DNA of 64,000 nt from Candidatus Omnitrophota bacterium (GCA_029261065.1 JAJDCB010000026.1:18715-82714), one strand, 5' to 3'. Shown: positions 10,028 through 23,980, counted from the stretch's first letter. The notes: generated by a model from the sequence alone, not told the origin. Program-made: numbers and translations.

Positions 10028-10993
10028 TTATGATGGAACAGGATTTGGAAAAGATCCATCTTTAAAAAAAGCCACTAATGAATCTACGGTTAATCTTGCC
10101 TTGTTTTGAGTCGACTCCATTGTATTAAATGCGTTGTGCGGTGTAAATAAGACATTGTCTTTATCTTTAAGTTTGAAAATATCCTGTATCTCATCCTCTT
10201 TTGCCTCTTTGTTCCCTCTGAGGTGCTCGGCAAGAACCCCCTCGTTGGGATAAACATCTAAACTCAAAGCCCCTAAGATACCTTCGCTATATAAGGCATA
10301 TAAATCTTTTATAGGTGTAATTTCTCCTCGAGAAATGTTAATTAAAAGGGTTCCGGGGTTTGCATTTTTTAAGTTTTCATAATTAAGCATTTCATGTGTT
10401 TGCCCTGTCAACGGAAGGGCGCACACAATAATTTCTGCCCAAGCGATACCTTCTTTTAGGTCAACATATTCCAAAGATGCTGCTTGTTGTACTATATCGA
10501 TGCCTTTAACCTGCATGCCTAAGGCTTGGGCTTGTTTGACAATCTCCAAACCAATATTACCAACACCAACAACTAAAACATTGCGCCCCAAACATTGTCT
10601 TCCAGATAAATTATCACGTTCAAAATTGTCGAATTGTCGAATCTGTTGCTTGATATTTTTTAATAACACAAACATCGCACCAATGGCATGTTCAGCTACA
10701 GACCTAGAGCAGTAATCTCCTAAATAGCCACTCGATAGCGTTGCCTTATTTTCTTTTAGGTAACGCGTAACATGATCAAACCCTTGACTACGCGTTAAAA
10801 TGCCTTTGAGTTGATTGCTCCATGGAGCGGGGATATGTGATTGTGTCCGAATACAAATAACAGGGGATGGTAACTGCAAATCGTCATTTACCTGAATGGT
10901 GTTGACCGTAAAACCCGCTTTAATAGAAGTGGGCAAAACCTGACGAATAGCCTGTTCTTCTTCCTTAAAAACTTCGTAAAACATTACATCCAT
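10028..10993 (-). CDS. D-isomer-specific 2-hydroxyacid dehydrogenase (D-lactate dehydrogenase-like)
   Basis: TRSQGFDH, SVAEHA, VVGVGNIG, LINISRG, LDVYPNE, FTPHNAF. Confidence 0.9.
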   Translation of the reverse strand: MDVMFYEVFKEEEQAIRQVLPTSIKAGFTVNTIQVNDDLQLPSPVICIRTQSHIPAPWSNQLKGILTRSQGFDHVTRYLKENKATLSSGYLGDYCSRSVAEHAIGAMFVLLKNIKQQIRQFDNFERDNLSGRQCLGRNVLVVGVGNIGLEIVKQAQALGMQVKGIDIVQQAASLEYVDLKEGIAWAEIIVCALPLTGQTHEMLNYENLKNANPGTLLINISRGEITPIKDLYALYSEGILGALSLDVYPNEGVLAEHLRGNKEAKEDEIQDIFKLKDKDNVLFTPHNAFNTMESTQNKARLTVDSLVAFFKDGSFPNPVPS

Positions 10994-11144
10994 ACTATTT
11001 TTTCCTTAGTGAGCTTTGTTCCTTTTGAGAAACATCATTATATCGCATTCGTTGGTAAGAAAAAAGCTGTTCGATAGAAAAAAATTGTGTGCCAATCGTC
11101 GCCATGATACAATGAGGCCTTCTTAATTATTAGGTAAGAGCCCT

Positions 11145-11636
11145 ATGTCAAAAAAATCGCCAAATTTTGGAATCAACGCATTCGGAATAATATTAATTGT
11201 TAGCTCTATTTCAAACCTTTTAACAATCGTTTTAAAGCAAGACTGGTATCTCAACGAACTTTATGCGCATTGGCCTGCATGGGCTGCCTGGTTAAGATAT
11301 GGGTTCTCGTTTTTTCAACGCATTTTGGGGCTAACAGCAGGATTTGGTCTTCTTTTCCGCAAGGAGTTCGGTCGAATAATTGCCCTCGTTATTGGTTGTT
11401 TTACTATTTCAACCGTGTATTGGAAGCACCCCTTTGTTTCCTATTTTCTTCATACTCATCGTGTTATGGAAGAACTCACACAAGCTGGCCTGCTCAACAC
11501 AAAAGTATCTCTCGGCACAATGACAATGATTGCCATGATTACTAATTGTCTGCTTGATATCGGCTTTTGTCTATTTCTTATTTACTTTTTAACACGCCCA
11601 GCAGTTGTGTCCATATTTAAAAGAAAAGATTCATGA
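11145..11636 (+). CDS. Hypothetical membrane protein (about 4 TM helices)
   Basis: Four hydrophobic segments; stop overlaps the next ATG (ATGA). Confidence 0.7.
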   Translation: MSKKSPNFGINAFGIILIVSSISNLLTIVLKQDWYLNELYAHWPAWAAWLRYGFSFFQRILGLTAGFGLLFRKEFGRIIALVIGCFTISTVYWKHPFVSYFLHTHRVMEELTQAGLLNTKVSLGTMTMIAMITNCLLDIGFCLFLIYFLTRPAVVSIFKRKDS

Positions 11637-12232
11637 CCTTCTCATTCTTACAAGGCATTCCCTATCGTGATGTTTTCATTTATAATTTCTTAACATTTTT
11701 GAAATTAGGATATAGTTATGATTTGCGCTTTAAGATTGTTCAACCATACCTACATAAAGATGATGTCATTTTAGACGTGTGTGCCGGTTATGGCAGATTA
11801 AAAAAATTTATTCCTAAAGAATGCACCTACCATTGTATCGATGCTAGTCCGACATTTCTAAAAAAATTAAAACAAAAGGAAATACCCTCCTCTTTGCAAA
11901 ACATTAATGAAAAATGTGTCATTAATTATTCTCATTATACTGTCGTTGTAATGATTATCTCTTTGTGTCACTTTCCAAAATCTAGAATTCACACATTGTT
12001 AGACTCTTTTACAAAAATGGGCAACCGTGTGATTATCATTGAAGAGGTTATAAAAACACCCAAACAGAACCACACGTGGTTAAGAAAGATAATGAATTAC
12101 TTGTGCTGTGTAGATTATAACAAACACCTCTCTTTATTAACATTTGAAGAGTTTAAAGACATTCTATCAAAACATAATTACAAGGTAACTCGCTATAACA
12201 ATCGTTATAGCATAGGAACGTTTGGCGTATGA
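11633..12232 (+). CDS. Class I SAM-dependent methyltransferase
   Basis: ILDVCAGYG motif I, CIDAS; translationally coupled on both sides. Confidence 0.8.
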   Translation: MTFSFLQGIPYRDVFIYNFLTFLKLGYSYDLRFKIVQPYLHKDDVILDVCAGYGRLKKFIPKECTYHCIDASPTFLKKLKQKEIPSSLQNINEKCVINYSHYTVVVMIISLCHFPKSRIHTLLDSFTKMGNRVIIIEEVIKTPKQNHTWLRKIMNYLCCVDYNKHLSLLTFEEFKDILSKHNYKVTRYNNRYSIGTFGV

Positions 12233-13338
12233 AGACTCCCTTGATACCTTGGGCTAAGCCCACCTTATTTGAAAAAGAAAAAGAATACATGTTAGCGGCC
12301 CTTGAGTCGACATGGATCTCAGATGGTAGCTTTGTTGATCAATTCGAAAAAAACTTATCTAATCTTCATAACAACCTTAAGTGCGTGACCACATCAAGTG
12401 GAACCGCAGCACTTCAACTTGCCTTGTTAGCTCTCAATATTGGCGAAGGTGATGACGTAATCGTACCAGGATACACTTTTGCTGGCCCCATCAATATGGT
12501 TTTGGCTCAAAAAGCCCGTCCCGTTTTTGTAGATATTAATCCTCATACATGGTGCATCGATGCTGCAACCCTTGAACTACACATAACACCACAAACTAAA
12601 GCTATCCTCCTCGTTCATATTTATGGTAATGTTTGCAACATAGATAGTATTCGCGAGATTGCCAACAAACACAACTTGGTCATAATCGAAGATGCCGCTC
12701 AAGCTATCTTTTCAAAATACAAAAATCAATATGCAGGAACCTTTGGCGACATCGGTTGTTTTAGCACGCAAGCTACAAAAACAATTACAACGGGCGAAGG
12801 TGGTTTTATTATGACGCCACATAAACACTTAGATGAAAAATGTCGCATTATCCGCAATCATGGCGTAACACCCAACAAAAAATATTGGCATGAACGTTTA
12901 GGTTTTAACTTTCGTTTAACAAATATACAGGCGGCGTTAGGTTGCGCCCAATTAGAAAACATGCGCTCTCTTACAAAAGACAAAAAAAGAGTGCATGTTC
13001 GATATAAAAACGAGTTAAAAGATTTTGAAAAAATTCGTTTTCAAGAATTTACCGATGATGTTGCTCCCGTCATTTGGAGTACCACCATTCAACTGCATGA
13101 TCAATTTACATCTACACAACGTAACACTATTATTGAAAAGATGCTGACGAATAACATAGAATGTCGTCCGGGATATTACGCGTTTAACGATATGCCCCTT
13201 TATAATGCCCCAGAGCTTAAAGAGTCCATTAAAGTCAGCCAAAGCACCATAAGTTTGCCTTCATATCCATCGTTGTCAGACAGCGACATTAATTTCGTTG
13301 CTCAAACACTCAAAAATATAATATCAAATGACTTATAA
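12229..13338 (+). CDS. DegT/DnrJ/EryC1/StrS PLP-dependent sugar aminotransferase (perosamine synthase-like)
   Basis: SSGTAAL, VHIYG, IIEDAAQA, STQATKTITTGEGG, GFNFRLTNIQAALG. Confidence 0.93.
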   Translation: MKTPLIPWAKPTLFEKEKEYMLAALESTWISDGSFVDQFEKNLSNLHNNLKCVTTSSGTAALQLALLALNIGEGDDVIVPGYTFAGPINMVLAQKARPVFVDINPHTWCIDAATLELHITPQTKAILLVHIYGNVCNIDSIREIANKHNLVIIEDAAQAIFSKYKNQYAGTFGDIGCFSTQATKTITTGEGGFIMTPHKHLDEKCRIIRNHGVTPNKKYWHERLGFNFRLTNIQAALGCAQLENMRSLTKDKKRVHVRYKNELKDFEKIRFQEFTDDVAPVIWSTTIQLHDQFTSTQRNTIIEKMLTNNIECRPGYYAFNDMPLYNAPELKESIKVSQSTISLPSYPSLSDSDINFVAQTLKNIISNDL

Positions 13339-14087
13339 TGATCGACAAAACTTCAAAAACTGTCTCAATCGTCCTCCCTGCTTATAACGAATGTGAGTCT
13401 ATCTCTCCTCTTATTCAAACCATTCAATCAGAACTAAATGATACACGTTTAGAAATTATCGTAGTTGATGATGCTAGCCCTGACTTTACTGGTAAAAAGA
13501 TTGAAGATACTCATCTAAAAAATGTGACGGTACTTTTTAATGCACCACGAATAGGTTTGGCTAAATCTATTCGTCGAGGTATTGAAAAAACAACAGGTGA
13601 TTATATTGTCATTATGGACTCTGATGGTAACCATCAACCCCAATATTTAAAATCTATGATTCAAAAACTAAATCAGTATGATTGTATTAGCGCATCACGT
13701 TTTCTCAATAACGAGGTTCAACACAAAACATCACAAAGTCATGCGGTATCCAACCCCTGGCGCTTTCGGACAACGAAGATATTTAATAAAATCACTCGGT
13801 CTCTTCTTAAGGGAACCATTACAGATTATTTTTATGGATTTCTTATCATTAACAAAAAATGTTTAGAATTATGCGACTATACTCATATATTCTATGGTTA
13901 CGGTGATTATTGTATGCGGTTACTAAACGCTTTACAAAAACAAAACGTCAACATTTCCGAAATTCCCGTCATTAACGGCCCTCGTCTTGCTGGCGTAGGT
14001 AACAAAAACTTTGCTCCCATATTTGCTCAGTATTCTAACGAGGTTCTAAAAACATTTTTTAATAATTCAAAAAGGTCTCATGTATAA
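13338..14087 (+). CDS. GT2 glycosyltransferase, polyprenol-phosphate glycosyltransferase (DPM1-like)
   Basis: SIVLPAYNE, IIVVDDASPD, IMDSDGNHQP, ASRF. Confidence 0.85.
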   Translation: MIDKTSKTVSIVLPAYNECESISPLIQTIQSELNDTRLEIIVVDDASPDFTGKKIEDTHLKNVTVLFNAPRIGLAKSIRRGIEKTTGDYIVIMDSDGNHQPQYLKSMIQKLNQYDCISASRFLNNEVQHKTSQSHAVSNPWRFRTTKIFNKITRSLLKGTITDYFYGFLIINKKCLELCDYTHIFYGYGDYCMRLLNALQKQNVNISEIPVINGPRLAGVGNKNFAPIFAQYSNEVLKTFFNNSKRSHV

Positions 14088-15324
14088 AGAAGTGCATCAA
14101 TGCCGCATTTGTGGTAACAAAAACCTAATACCCATCATCGATTTAGGGGAACATCATTTAACAAGTTTATTTCCTCGTACAAAATCGACCCCCATTCCCC
14201 TGGCACCACTTACATTGATTAAATGTTCTGGCAATACAGGCTGTGGTTTTGTGCAACTGAAACATACCGTTGAGCCTAAATACTTATATACCGATAATTA
14301 TGGCTACCGCTCCGGACTTAACATAACCATCGTCAATCATCTTAAAGAAGCCTTTAAATATTTAACAACGATTGTTTCTCTTAAAGACAAGGATCTTATC
14401 ATCGATATCGGTAGTAACGATGGGACTTTTTTAAATTTCTTTGAACAAAAATACGATTTGTTGGGTATTGATCCTTTAATAAAAAAATTTGAAAACTGTT
14501 ACACTGAAGGCACCCATCTCATATCGGACTTCTTCACAGAAGATACCATTCATTCGTACCTCAAAAACCGTAGAGCTAAAATTATCACCTCTTTCTCTAT
14601 GTTTTATGACGTCGACAATCCTCTCGCGTTTATGAAAACCATAACGGAATCCTTGGCTAATAATGGTGTCTGGTTATTGGAACAAAACTATTTACCAACG
14701 ATGTTGAAACAAACAGCATACGATACTATTTGCCATGAACACATCGGTTATTATTGTCTTAAACAAATCCAGTGGATGGCAGATAAAGTTGATTTAAAAG
14801 TTGTTGATGTATTTTTAACGGATCTTAATGGCGGGAGTTTTTCGGTAACACTTGCACATAAAAGCTCTTCTCTAGAGGTAGCCACAAAAAAAATCGAGAA
14901 CTTTGTAAAAAACGAGGAAGAATTCTTTAACGATGCCAGCTTAATATCTTCATTCACCCATCGCGTTGCCCAACACAAAATTGACATGAAACAATTGTTA
15001 AAAGAATTGAAGCATCAAAACAAAAAAGTTGTAGGCTTTGGGGCCTCTACAAAGGGAAACGTTATTCTTCAATATTGCCAGGTTACCCCTGAAGAATTAA
15101 CTTGTATCGTTGAGGTCAACGAAGAAAAATTTGATATGCTAACACCAGGCACTCACATCCCAATCGTATCCCAAGAAAAACTAAAAGATCTTAACCCCGA
15201 TTACATATTAGTCCTCCCTTGGCATTTAAAAAACTTTATTCTCAAAGAAGGAGCTCGCTTATTCCCTCCAAAAGCTTCCATTATCTTTACGCTACCGAAT
15301 ATTGAAATTGCAAAAAATAACTAA
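14080..15324 (+). CDS. NDP-sugar C-methyltransferase
   Basis: N-terminal CRICG zinc site, DIGSNDGTFL, YDTICHEH, GGSF, GFGASTKGN, TPGTHIPI, LPWH. Confidence 0.9.
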   Translation: MYKEVHQCRICGNKNLIPIIDLGEHHLTSLFPRTKSTPIPLAPLTLIKCSGNTGCGFVQLKHTVEPKYLYTDNYGYRSGLNITIVNHLKEAFKYLTTIVSLKDKDLIIDIGSNDGTFLNFFEQKYDLLGIDPLIKKFENCYTEGTHLISDFFTEDTIHSYLKNRRAKIITSFSMFYDVDNPLAFMKTITESLANNGVWLLEQNYLPTMLKQTAYDTICHEHIGYYCLKQIQWMADKVDLKVVDVFLTDLNGGSFSVTLAHKSSSLEVATKKIENFVKNEEEFFNDASLISSFTHRVAQHKIDMKQLLKELKHQNKKVVGFGASTKGNVILQYCQVTPEELTCIVEVNEEKFDMLTPGTHIPIVSQEKLKDLNPDYILVLPWHLKNFILKEGARLFPPKASIIFTLPNIEIAKNN

Positions 15325-15341
15325 AGCTTCTTACGGATTCA

Positions 15342-17282
15342 TTATTTTCGATTAAGTTTATAGAGAGCAAAAAGATCCGAAATATAAACAAGCGATAATG
15401 TTTTGGTTGGTTTTGGCGCTTCTCCTCGAAAAAAGACTATATAATCGACATTATAATCCCGAATCGCTCGCATGACAGCTTGCTTGTACGATGCGCGCGG
15501 TGCGTTAAATTTAAAACTACCTAAATGCTCTAGCTTAACCAAATAGTCTTTAATCGATGCGATATCAAGAGCAAACGTTCCTGTGTCGGCTTCGGAAAAA
15601 ACTAAACTGCGTTGGGCATGCAAACGAAACGTATTGTAAGGAATCTCTGGAAATAAAAAGAGGGCGTCTTTCTCTGTGTGTGTGCGGATATGTTTGCCCA
15701 GCACCTCAACATCTTTATGAATAAGTTCAATAGGGGTTCGGGCACGCCTCATATCCTTAATATGACGCCCTGTGTATCCACTCAAAAAAACACACAGCGG
15801 AATAAGTAGCATTATACGAAGAATCATTACCTTAGCCCCCTGCGGAACAAAATAATACACAAAGGCCGATAAAAGCATCAGCCAGCTGACAAGTACAAAG
15901 AGAGGCGATTGAAAAGGATTCGCGTGAACCAGCTGGCACATTTTGATAAGACCCCAAATAATAATACCTGTGCTAAAAAGCACGCACAGACAAAGCTTGG
16001 GCCAAACACGTATATAATATTTCAATCCCCATCCACGAAGAGCCTCTGCTGGCATACTTGATGATACCCCTTCTTTATTTACTTGCACGACACCTGTAAA
16101 AATCCAAATCGGTAAAAGTAATATTAAAAAACCAATAGAACTAAAATCTTTGTTCGTAAATGTCAGCATAGCAAAACCCATCACTACCCCTAACAAAAGA
16201 TTTTGTCTCTCTCCTAAAGCCTTCCAACATCCACTGATATATATCCCGATAAGAATAAATGAAAGAATACCGATTTGACGATTTAAAAGTAAACACAACA
16301 CTGTTAAATTTGGATGTATGTAGCTAGCCCAAAATTGCAGAACCAAACTTAAGAAAATAATAACACCCATAACATGAAACTTAGGTTGAGAGCGAAACTC
16401 TTTTGAAATTAATAAACTTGTTCCGTAAAGAGTAATAAGAAAAATTATAAATTTTAAACTAATCAAACCTTGAAAAAATGAACTAAAGGCCTCTGATAAC
16501 GGAAGCCTGCCGAAAAAGAAAAAGTAGGGGGCATAGTGTCTTATAAGCTTAAAAAATTCCGCAAACTCTTCTGGACCAAGTCCAGCCGACGTCCCTGTTT
16601 TGGACCTCAGATAAAAAATGACAACCGGCAAACTAAACAGCGTAAACAGGCCTATGGATTCTAAACATACACGAAATTTGTGTCGCAACTTTAATAAAAG
16701 ATAAGTAACAAGATAAAACATCGGAAAGAGTGCAAAGACAAGATGAATATTCATGGTAACACCTAAAATGATTGACGCTGTACGGTATCTGCTTTTAAAG
16801 AAATAATATAATCCGGCAAACATAGGCGCCAAGGCAAACTCAGCGTGCGAAAATGTCCGATACAAAAACATCTCAGAACGAAGAACGACCATAAACCCTA
16901 AAACACAGAACAAACTTAAAACGCGCTTTTTAGTTATCAAAAGCCAAAATTTATACATCCAAAAAAACATTAACAGACGGGAAACAAAAAAGAGAAGGGC
17001 GTAAACAGGTTTAATGTGCTCAGTTAGGACGATTCTACCCAAACTTTTGTAAAAAAAGGTAAGGTAATGAGCATGTTTCGTCTGTACGTAATCATCACGT
17101 GGATACAACTCCGGATCAATCGCCATCTTTAAAAACGGAATCTCAATCAACTGATCATCCATAGCATAACGATACCCGTGACTTATGTAAAAAATTCCGG
17201 TTATAAGCAAGGCGAAAAATAAGGGGTGGGATAAAATAGAAAAAAATGAGTGTTTTTTTAATTTCATTGGACTTCTAAACAT
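15342..17282 (-). CDS. Polytopic membrane protein, probable GT-C fold glycosyltransferase (DUF6798-like)
   Basis: More than 12 TM segments; first-loop DDQ...IDPELYPRDDY; C-terminal soluble domain ending YNVDYIV...LYKL. Confidence 0.65.
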   Translation of the reverse strand: MFRSPMKLKKHSFFSILSHPLFFALLITGIFYISHGYRYAMDDQLIEIPFLKMAIDPELYPRDDYVQTKHAHYLTFFYKSLGRIVLTEHIKPVYALLFFVSRLLMFFWMYKFWLLITKKRVLSLFCVLGFMVVLRSEMFLYRTFSHAEFALAPMFAGLYYFFKSRYRTASIILGVTMNIHLVFALFPMFYLVTYLLLKLRHKFRVCLESIGLFTLFSLPVVIFYLRSKTGTSAGLGPEEFAEFFKLIRHYAPYFFFFGRLPLSEAFSSFFQGLISLKFIIFLITLYGTSLLISKEFRSQPKFHVMGVIIFLSLVLQFWASYIHPNLTVLCLLLNRQIGILSFILIGIYISGCWKALGERQNLLLGVVMGFAMLTFTNKDFSSIGFLILLLPIWIFTGVVQVNKEGVSSSMPAEALRGWGLKYYIRVWPKLCLCVLFSTGIIIWGLIKMCQLVHANPFQSPLFVLVSWLMLLSAFVYYFVPQGAKVMILRIMLLIPLCVFLSGYTGRHIKDMRRARTPIELIHKDVEVLGKHIRTHTEKDALFLFPEIPYNTFRLHAQRSLVFSEADTGTFALDIASIKDYLVKLEHLGSFKFNAPRASYKQAVMRAIRDYNVDYIVFFRGEAPKPTKTLSLVYISDLFALYKLNRK

Positions 17283-17288
17283 AAAGAC

Positions 17289-17317
17289 ATATTACATCCA
17301 GATACACCGTAGGACAA
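17289..17317 (-). promoter_or_regulatory. Putative sigma70 promoter giving a leaderless transcript
   Basis: TTGTCC-N17-TAATAT-N6-ATG(17282). Confidence 0.5.
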
Positions 17318-17356
17318 GAATGAAAAGAATGAAATCTTAAAAATTTATTCTAACTG

Positions 17357-17394
17357 AAAAAAAGCCATCCTTCCTAATGGAAAAATGGCTTTTT
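17357..17394. terminator. Intrinsic terminator downstream of tRNA-Glu, possibly bidirectional
   Basis: AAAAAAAGCCATCCTTCC-TAAT-GGAAAAATGGCTTTTT. Confidence 0.7.
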
Positions 17395-17401
17395 GAAAAA
17401 A

Positions 17402-17475
17402 CGACCCCAGAGGGATTTGAACCCGCGCTGCCAGAATGAAAATCTGGTGTCCTGACCGGGCTAGACGATGGGGTC
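17402..17475 (-). tRNA. tRNA-Glu(TTC)
   Basis: GACCCCATCGTCTAGCCCGGTCAGGACACCAGATTTTCATTCTGG...GGTTCAAATCCC..GGGGTCG. CCA not encoded; one T-stem mismatch; own promoter TTGACG-N16-TATAAT. Confidence 0.93.
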
Positions 17476-17539
17476 AAAATGAATTTTGTTATTATATTTA
17501 AGATTCAATTTTCGTCAAGTAAAATATTTTTCGGCGAAT

Positions 17540-19993
17540 TTATGCTTCGTCTTTATGCACGACATTGGCAATGGAGCTTACAATGTCATCTTTACTTAAA
17601 TTAATGAGTTTAACACCAACCGCACTGCGTCCTGTTTGACGAACGTCACTTGGGGCACATCTAACAACCATGCCTTGTTTGGTTACTGTCATAACTTCAT
17701 CACCTTCGACAACAGCTAAAACGCCAACAACAGGTCCGTTACGATCTGTGACCTTAACGTTAATTATACCTTTTCCTCCACGAGACTGTGTTCGGTAATC
17801 TTCAAAATTAGATCTTTTAGCATATCCTTTTTCTGTTACCGATAAAAGAGTGCTTCCTGTTTTACTGATGTCTGGTGGGAAGACTTGCATGCTGACGACT
17901 TGATCGGATTTTCTAAGACCAATTCCCTTAACTCCTTTTGCGCCTCGTCCCATATCTCGTATTTGCTTCTCAGAGAAACGCAAAGATTTACCTTCCTTCG
18001 TTGCCAAAAGAACATCATATTTTCCTGTGCTTAAAGATGTTCCTATTAAAGCATCCCCTTTGTCCAATGTGATTCCTACAATTCCCGATTTGCGAGGATT
18101 GCTAAAGGCGGAAAGTTTTGTCTTTTTAACATTTCCCTTGGCTGTTGCCATAACAAGAGACATGGTGTCTGTAAATTCTTTGACCGCTACAATGGAGCTA
18201 ATATTTTCATCCTTTGCCAAAGATAGCAGATTAACAATATTTTTTCCCTTAGCATGTCTTGCCGCTATTGGTATCTCATAAACTTTAAGCCAGCGAATAA
18301 TACCTTTGTTTGAGAAGACAAGTAGATAATCTTTAGATGATGCGACAAATAATTGTCTGACAAAATCTTCTTCTCGCGTTGTCATCGCAGCAACACCCTT
18401 ACCACCACGTTTTTGTTTTCGATACGATGAAACGGCTAACCGCTTGATATATCCGGCATTACTAATCGTAATCGCCATGTCTTCTTCAGCAATTAAATCT
18501 TCTATTTCAATTTCTTCCGCTTTTGCCGCAATCTCTGTTCGACGCGGATTAGAATATTTTTTCTTAATAGCAGCTAATTCATCTTTAACTATATCATTTA
18601 TCATTTGCTCAGATGCTAAAATAGAGCGGTAGAGATCGATATCTTTTAATAAGGCCTTATATTCATCATCAATTTTATGTTGTTCTAGAGCTGTTAGCCT
18701 TTGCAGTTGCATTTCCAAAATGGCTTGCGCTTGGATTTCGGAAAGTTTAAAATTTTTCATCAAATTGACTTTAGCGATCGACGACGATTTTGACTCACGA
18801 ATCGTTTTAATAACTTGATTAATAAAGTCTAAAGCAATTTTCAATCCTTCTAGGATATGAGCTCTTCTAAGGGCTTTGTCTAAATCAAATTGTGTACGAC
18901 GACGGACAACAACACGACGATGTACGATAAAGTTTGAACATATTTGTTTAAGATTTAAAATTTGTGGACTGTTGTTTACAAGGGCAAGATTAATAACACC
19001 GAAGGTTGTTTCCAATTGTGTATGTTTGTACAAATAATTAAGAACGATTTGTGGCTGAACATCTCGGCGTAGTTCGATAACAATACGAATACCATCTTTA
19101 TCAGATTCATCACGAAGATCTGTAATGCCATCAATTTTTTTAAGTTGAACAAGTTTTGCGATAGCCTCTATCAAATTGGATTTATTAACCTGATATGGGA
19201 TTTCCGTAACAACAATCGTATCTTTATTTGCCTTTTGTCGTTCAATCGTTGCTCGCGCACGAACAGTTAGCTTGCCGCGCCCCGTTTCCTGAGCATTTTT
19301 GATTCCTTCTCGACCACAAATAATCCCACCTGTAGGGAAATCCGGACCCTTTACAAACTTAGCTAGCTGTTTGATTGTCGCCTCTGGCGTATCAATTAAA
19401 TGAGTGATCGCATCAATAGACTCACCCAAATTATGCGGAGGCATATTTGTGGCCATACCAACGGCAATTCCACTAGAACCATTGATAAGTAAATTTGGAA
19501 TAACAGATGGCAGACAGGTTGGTTCTTTTAAAGAGCCATCGTAATTAGGGACAAAATCAACCGTGTTCTTTTCAATATCATTTAACATCTCATGAGCAAT
19601 ACCGGTAAGTCGGGCTTCCGTATAACGCATCGCGGCCGCAGCATCCCCGTCGACAGAACCAAAATTTCCTTGGCCATCCACTAAAGGGTATCTCATGCTA
19701 AATTCCTGAGCCATGCGCACCAAGGTATCATAAATCGCTGAATCCCCATGAGGATGATATCCCCCCATAACGTCCCCAACGATCTTCGCACATTTTCTAA
19801 ACGGTTTGTTTGGAGCTAAACCCATGGCATGCATCCCATAAAGGATACGTCTATGTACAGGTTTTAAACCATCTCTGACATCCGGTAAGGCCCTTCCGAC
19901 AATAACACTCATCGAATAAGAAAGATAAGAGCTCTTCATCTCTTCTTCTATAAAAACAGGAACTATTTTTTCTCGAATAGATAAATCACGCAT
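17540..19993 (-). CDS. gyrA: DNA gyrase subunit A
   Basis: [22 protein letters not shown], GyrA box QKRGGKG. Confidence 0.98.
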   Translation of the reverse strand: MRDLSIREKIVPVFIEEEMKSSYLSYSMSVIVGRALPDVRDGLKPVHRRILYGMHAMGLAPNKPFRKCAKIVGDVMGGYHPHGDSAIYDTLVRMAQEFSMRYPLVDGQGNFGSVDGDAAAAMRYTEARLTGIAHEMLNDIEKNTVDFVPNYDGSLKEPTCLPSVIPNLLINGSSGIAVGMATNMPPHNLGESIDAITHLIDTPEATIKQLAKFVKGPDFPTGGIICGREGIKNAQETGRGKLTVRARATIERQKANKDTIVVTEIPYQVNKSNLIEAIAKLVQLKKIDGITDLRDESDKDGIRIVIELRRDVQPQIVLNYLYKHTQLETTFGVINLALVNNSPQILNLKQICSNFIVHRRVVVRRRTQFDLDKALRRAHILEGLKIALDFINQVIKTIRESKSSSIAKVNLMKNFKLSEIQAQAILEMQLQRLTALEQHKIDDEYKALLKDIDLYRSILASEQMINDIVKDELAAIKKKYSNPRRTEIAAKAEEIEIEDLIAEEDMAITISNAGYIKRLAVSSYRKQKRGGKGVAAMTTREEDFVRQLFVASSKDYLLVFSNKGIIRWLKVYEIPIAARHAKGKNIVNLLSLAKDENISSIVAVKEFTDTMSLVMATAKGNVKKTKLSAFSNPRKSGIVGITLDKGDALIGTSLSTGKYDVLLATKEGKSLRFSEKQIRDMGRGAKGVKGIGLRKSDQVVSMQVFPPDISKTGSTLLSVTEKGYAKRSNFEDYRTQSRGGKGIINVKVTDRNGPVVGVLAVVEGDEVMTVTKQGMVVRCAPSDVRQTGRSAVGVKLINLSKDDIVSSIANVVHKDEA

Positions 19994-20015
19994 TGCTTCT
20001 TACCTTTCACCTTTA

Positions 20016-22798
<2,783 letters not shown>

Positions 22799-22848
22799 AA
22801 AGAATCAAAAATTTCTAGTCAATTTTATTTTTATTTAAACTTCGGGAT

Positions 22849-23937
22849 CTAGATCCTCATCGGAAGAGCCAAATACAAATAATCATCTATTCTCATAACA
22901 GCAGGTTTATCTACACCTAAAAGCTCCATATCAATATCCTCTTCATCAATATTCTTAAGAAAATCGATGAGAAATTGGGGATTAAAACCTACAACTAATT
23001 CGTTTCCTGCGTATTCGACAGGAATTTCCTCTCTAGATTCTCCAACATCAGGTGTCGTCTTTGAGATGACCATTTTATCCTTAAATATCTCGAATTTAAC
23101 GGCTTGGAAATCCGGAGTTGCTAACAAATTGGCGCGACGGATCGAAAATAAAAAATCTTTAGTATTCATTTTAATCCGATTTTTAGCTGGTTTTGGAATA
23201 ACTTGGTTATAATTTGGAAAATCGCCCTCAATCATTCTTGTCGCAATAAGAACACCATCAATATCAAATAAAATCTGATTAACCCCAATGATAAAAGAAA
23301 CCTGGCCATCTTCTTTTAAATTTCGACTAATTTCCATAACAGCCTTAATAGGCAAAATAACAGAAACTTCCTTTTTTATAGATTTTTCTAGTTTTTTCTC
23401 CGATTTAGCTAATCTTCTTCCATCAGTTGCCACAACACGAATTAAATCATTTTGGATCTCCAAAAGAACTCCGTTTAAAACATATCGAGATTCTTCGTGT
23501 GAAACAGCAAAAGACGTTAATCTAAACATTTCCTTTAAAATAGCCTGATCTATCTGGATAACCTCTTTGTCCTTAAACTCCGGAAATTTGGGGAATTCTT
23601 CTTTAGGAAGCCCTATGAGTTTAAACCGGCAATTAACACCTTCAATATCAATCTGATTGTTTTTCTTAGCATGAATAGTTATATCCCCAGCAGGAAGTTC
23701 TTTGACAATGTCGCTAAATCTTTTCGCTGGAATAGTTATTGCCCCTTCTTCAAGAGTTTCCACAGGTAATTCACAGGATATACCTATGTCTAAATCAGTA
23801 GCATTGAGCTTAATGTGACCATCGCGAGCTTCCATTAATATGTTAGAAAGTATAGGTAGAGTCGCTTTAGGCGATACCACGTTTTGAACTGTATGAATAC
23901 CGTTTAACAAAATATCTTTAGAAAGTTTAATTTTCAT
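22849..23937 (-). CDS. dnaN: DNA polymerase III beta clamp
   Basis: LPILSNIL, ATDLD, VATDGRRL, FPNY, C-terminal LPMRI; AGGAGG RBS. Confidence 0.98.
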   Translation of the reverse strand: MKIKLSKDILLNGIHTVQNVVSPKATLPILSNILMEARDGHIKLNATDLDIGISCELPVETLEEGAITIPAKRFSDIVKELPAGDITIHAKKNNQIDIEGVNCRFKLIGLPKEEFPKFPEFKDKEVIQIDQAILKEMFRLTSFAVSHEESRYVLNGVLLEIQNDLIRVVATDGRRLAKSEKKLEKSIKKEVSVILPIKAVMEISRNLKEDGQVSFIIGVNQILFDIDGVLIATRMIEGDFPNYNQVIPKPAKNRIKMNTKDFLFSIRRANLLATPDFQAVKFEIFKDKMVISKTTPDVGESREEIPVEYAGNELVVGFNPQFLIDFLKNIDEEDIDMELLGVDKPAVMRIDDYLYLALPMRI

Positions 23938-23980
23938 TGTTAATACATCCTCCTATTATACTAAGGTATAATGTCCCCAA

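Noticed and set aside
17402-17475. tRNA-Glu as a pseudogene because of a T-stem mismatch
   Set aside because: Single mismatch; other arms, promoter and terminator are intact.
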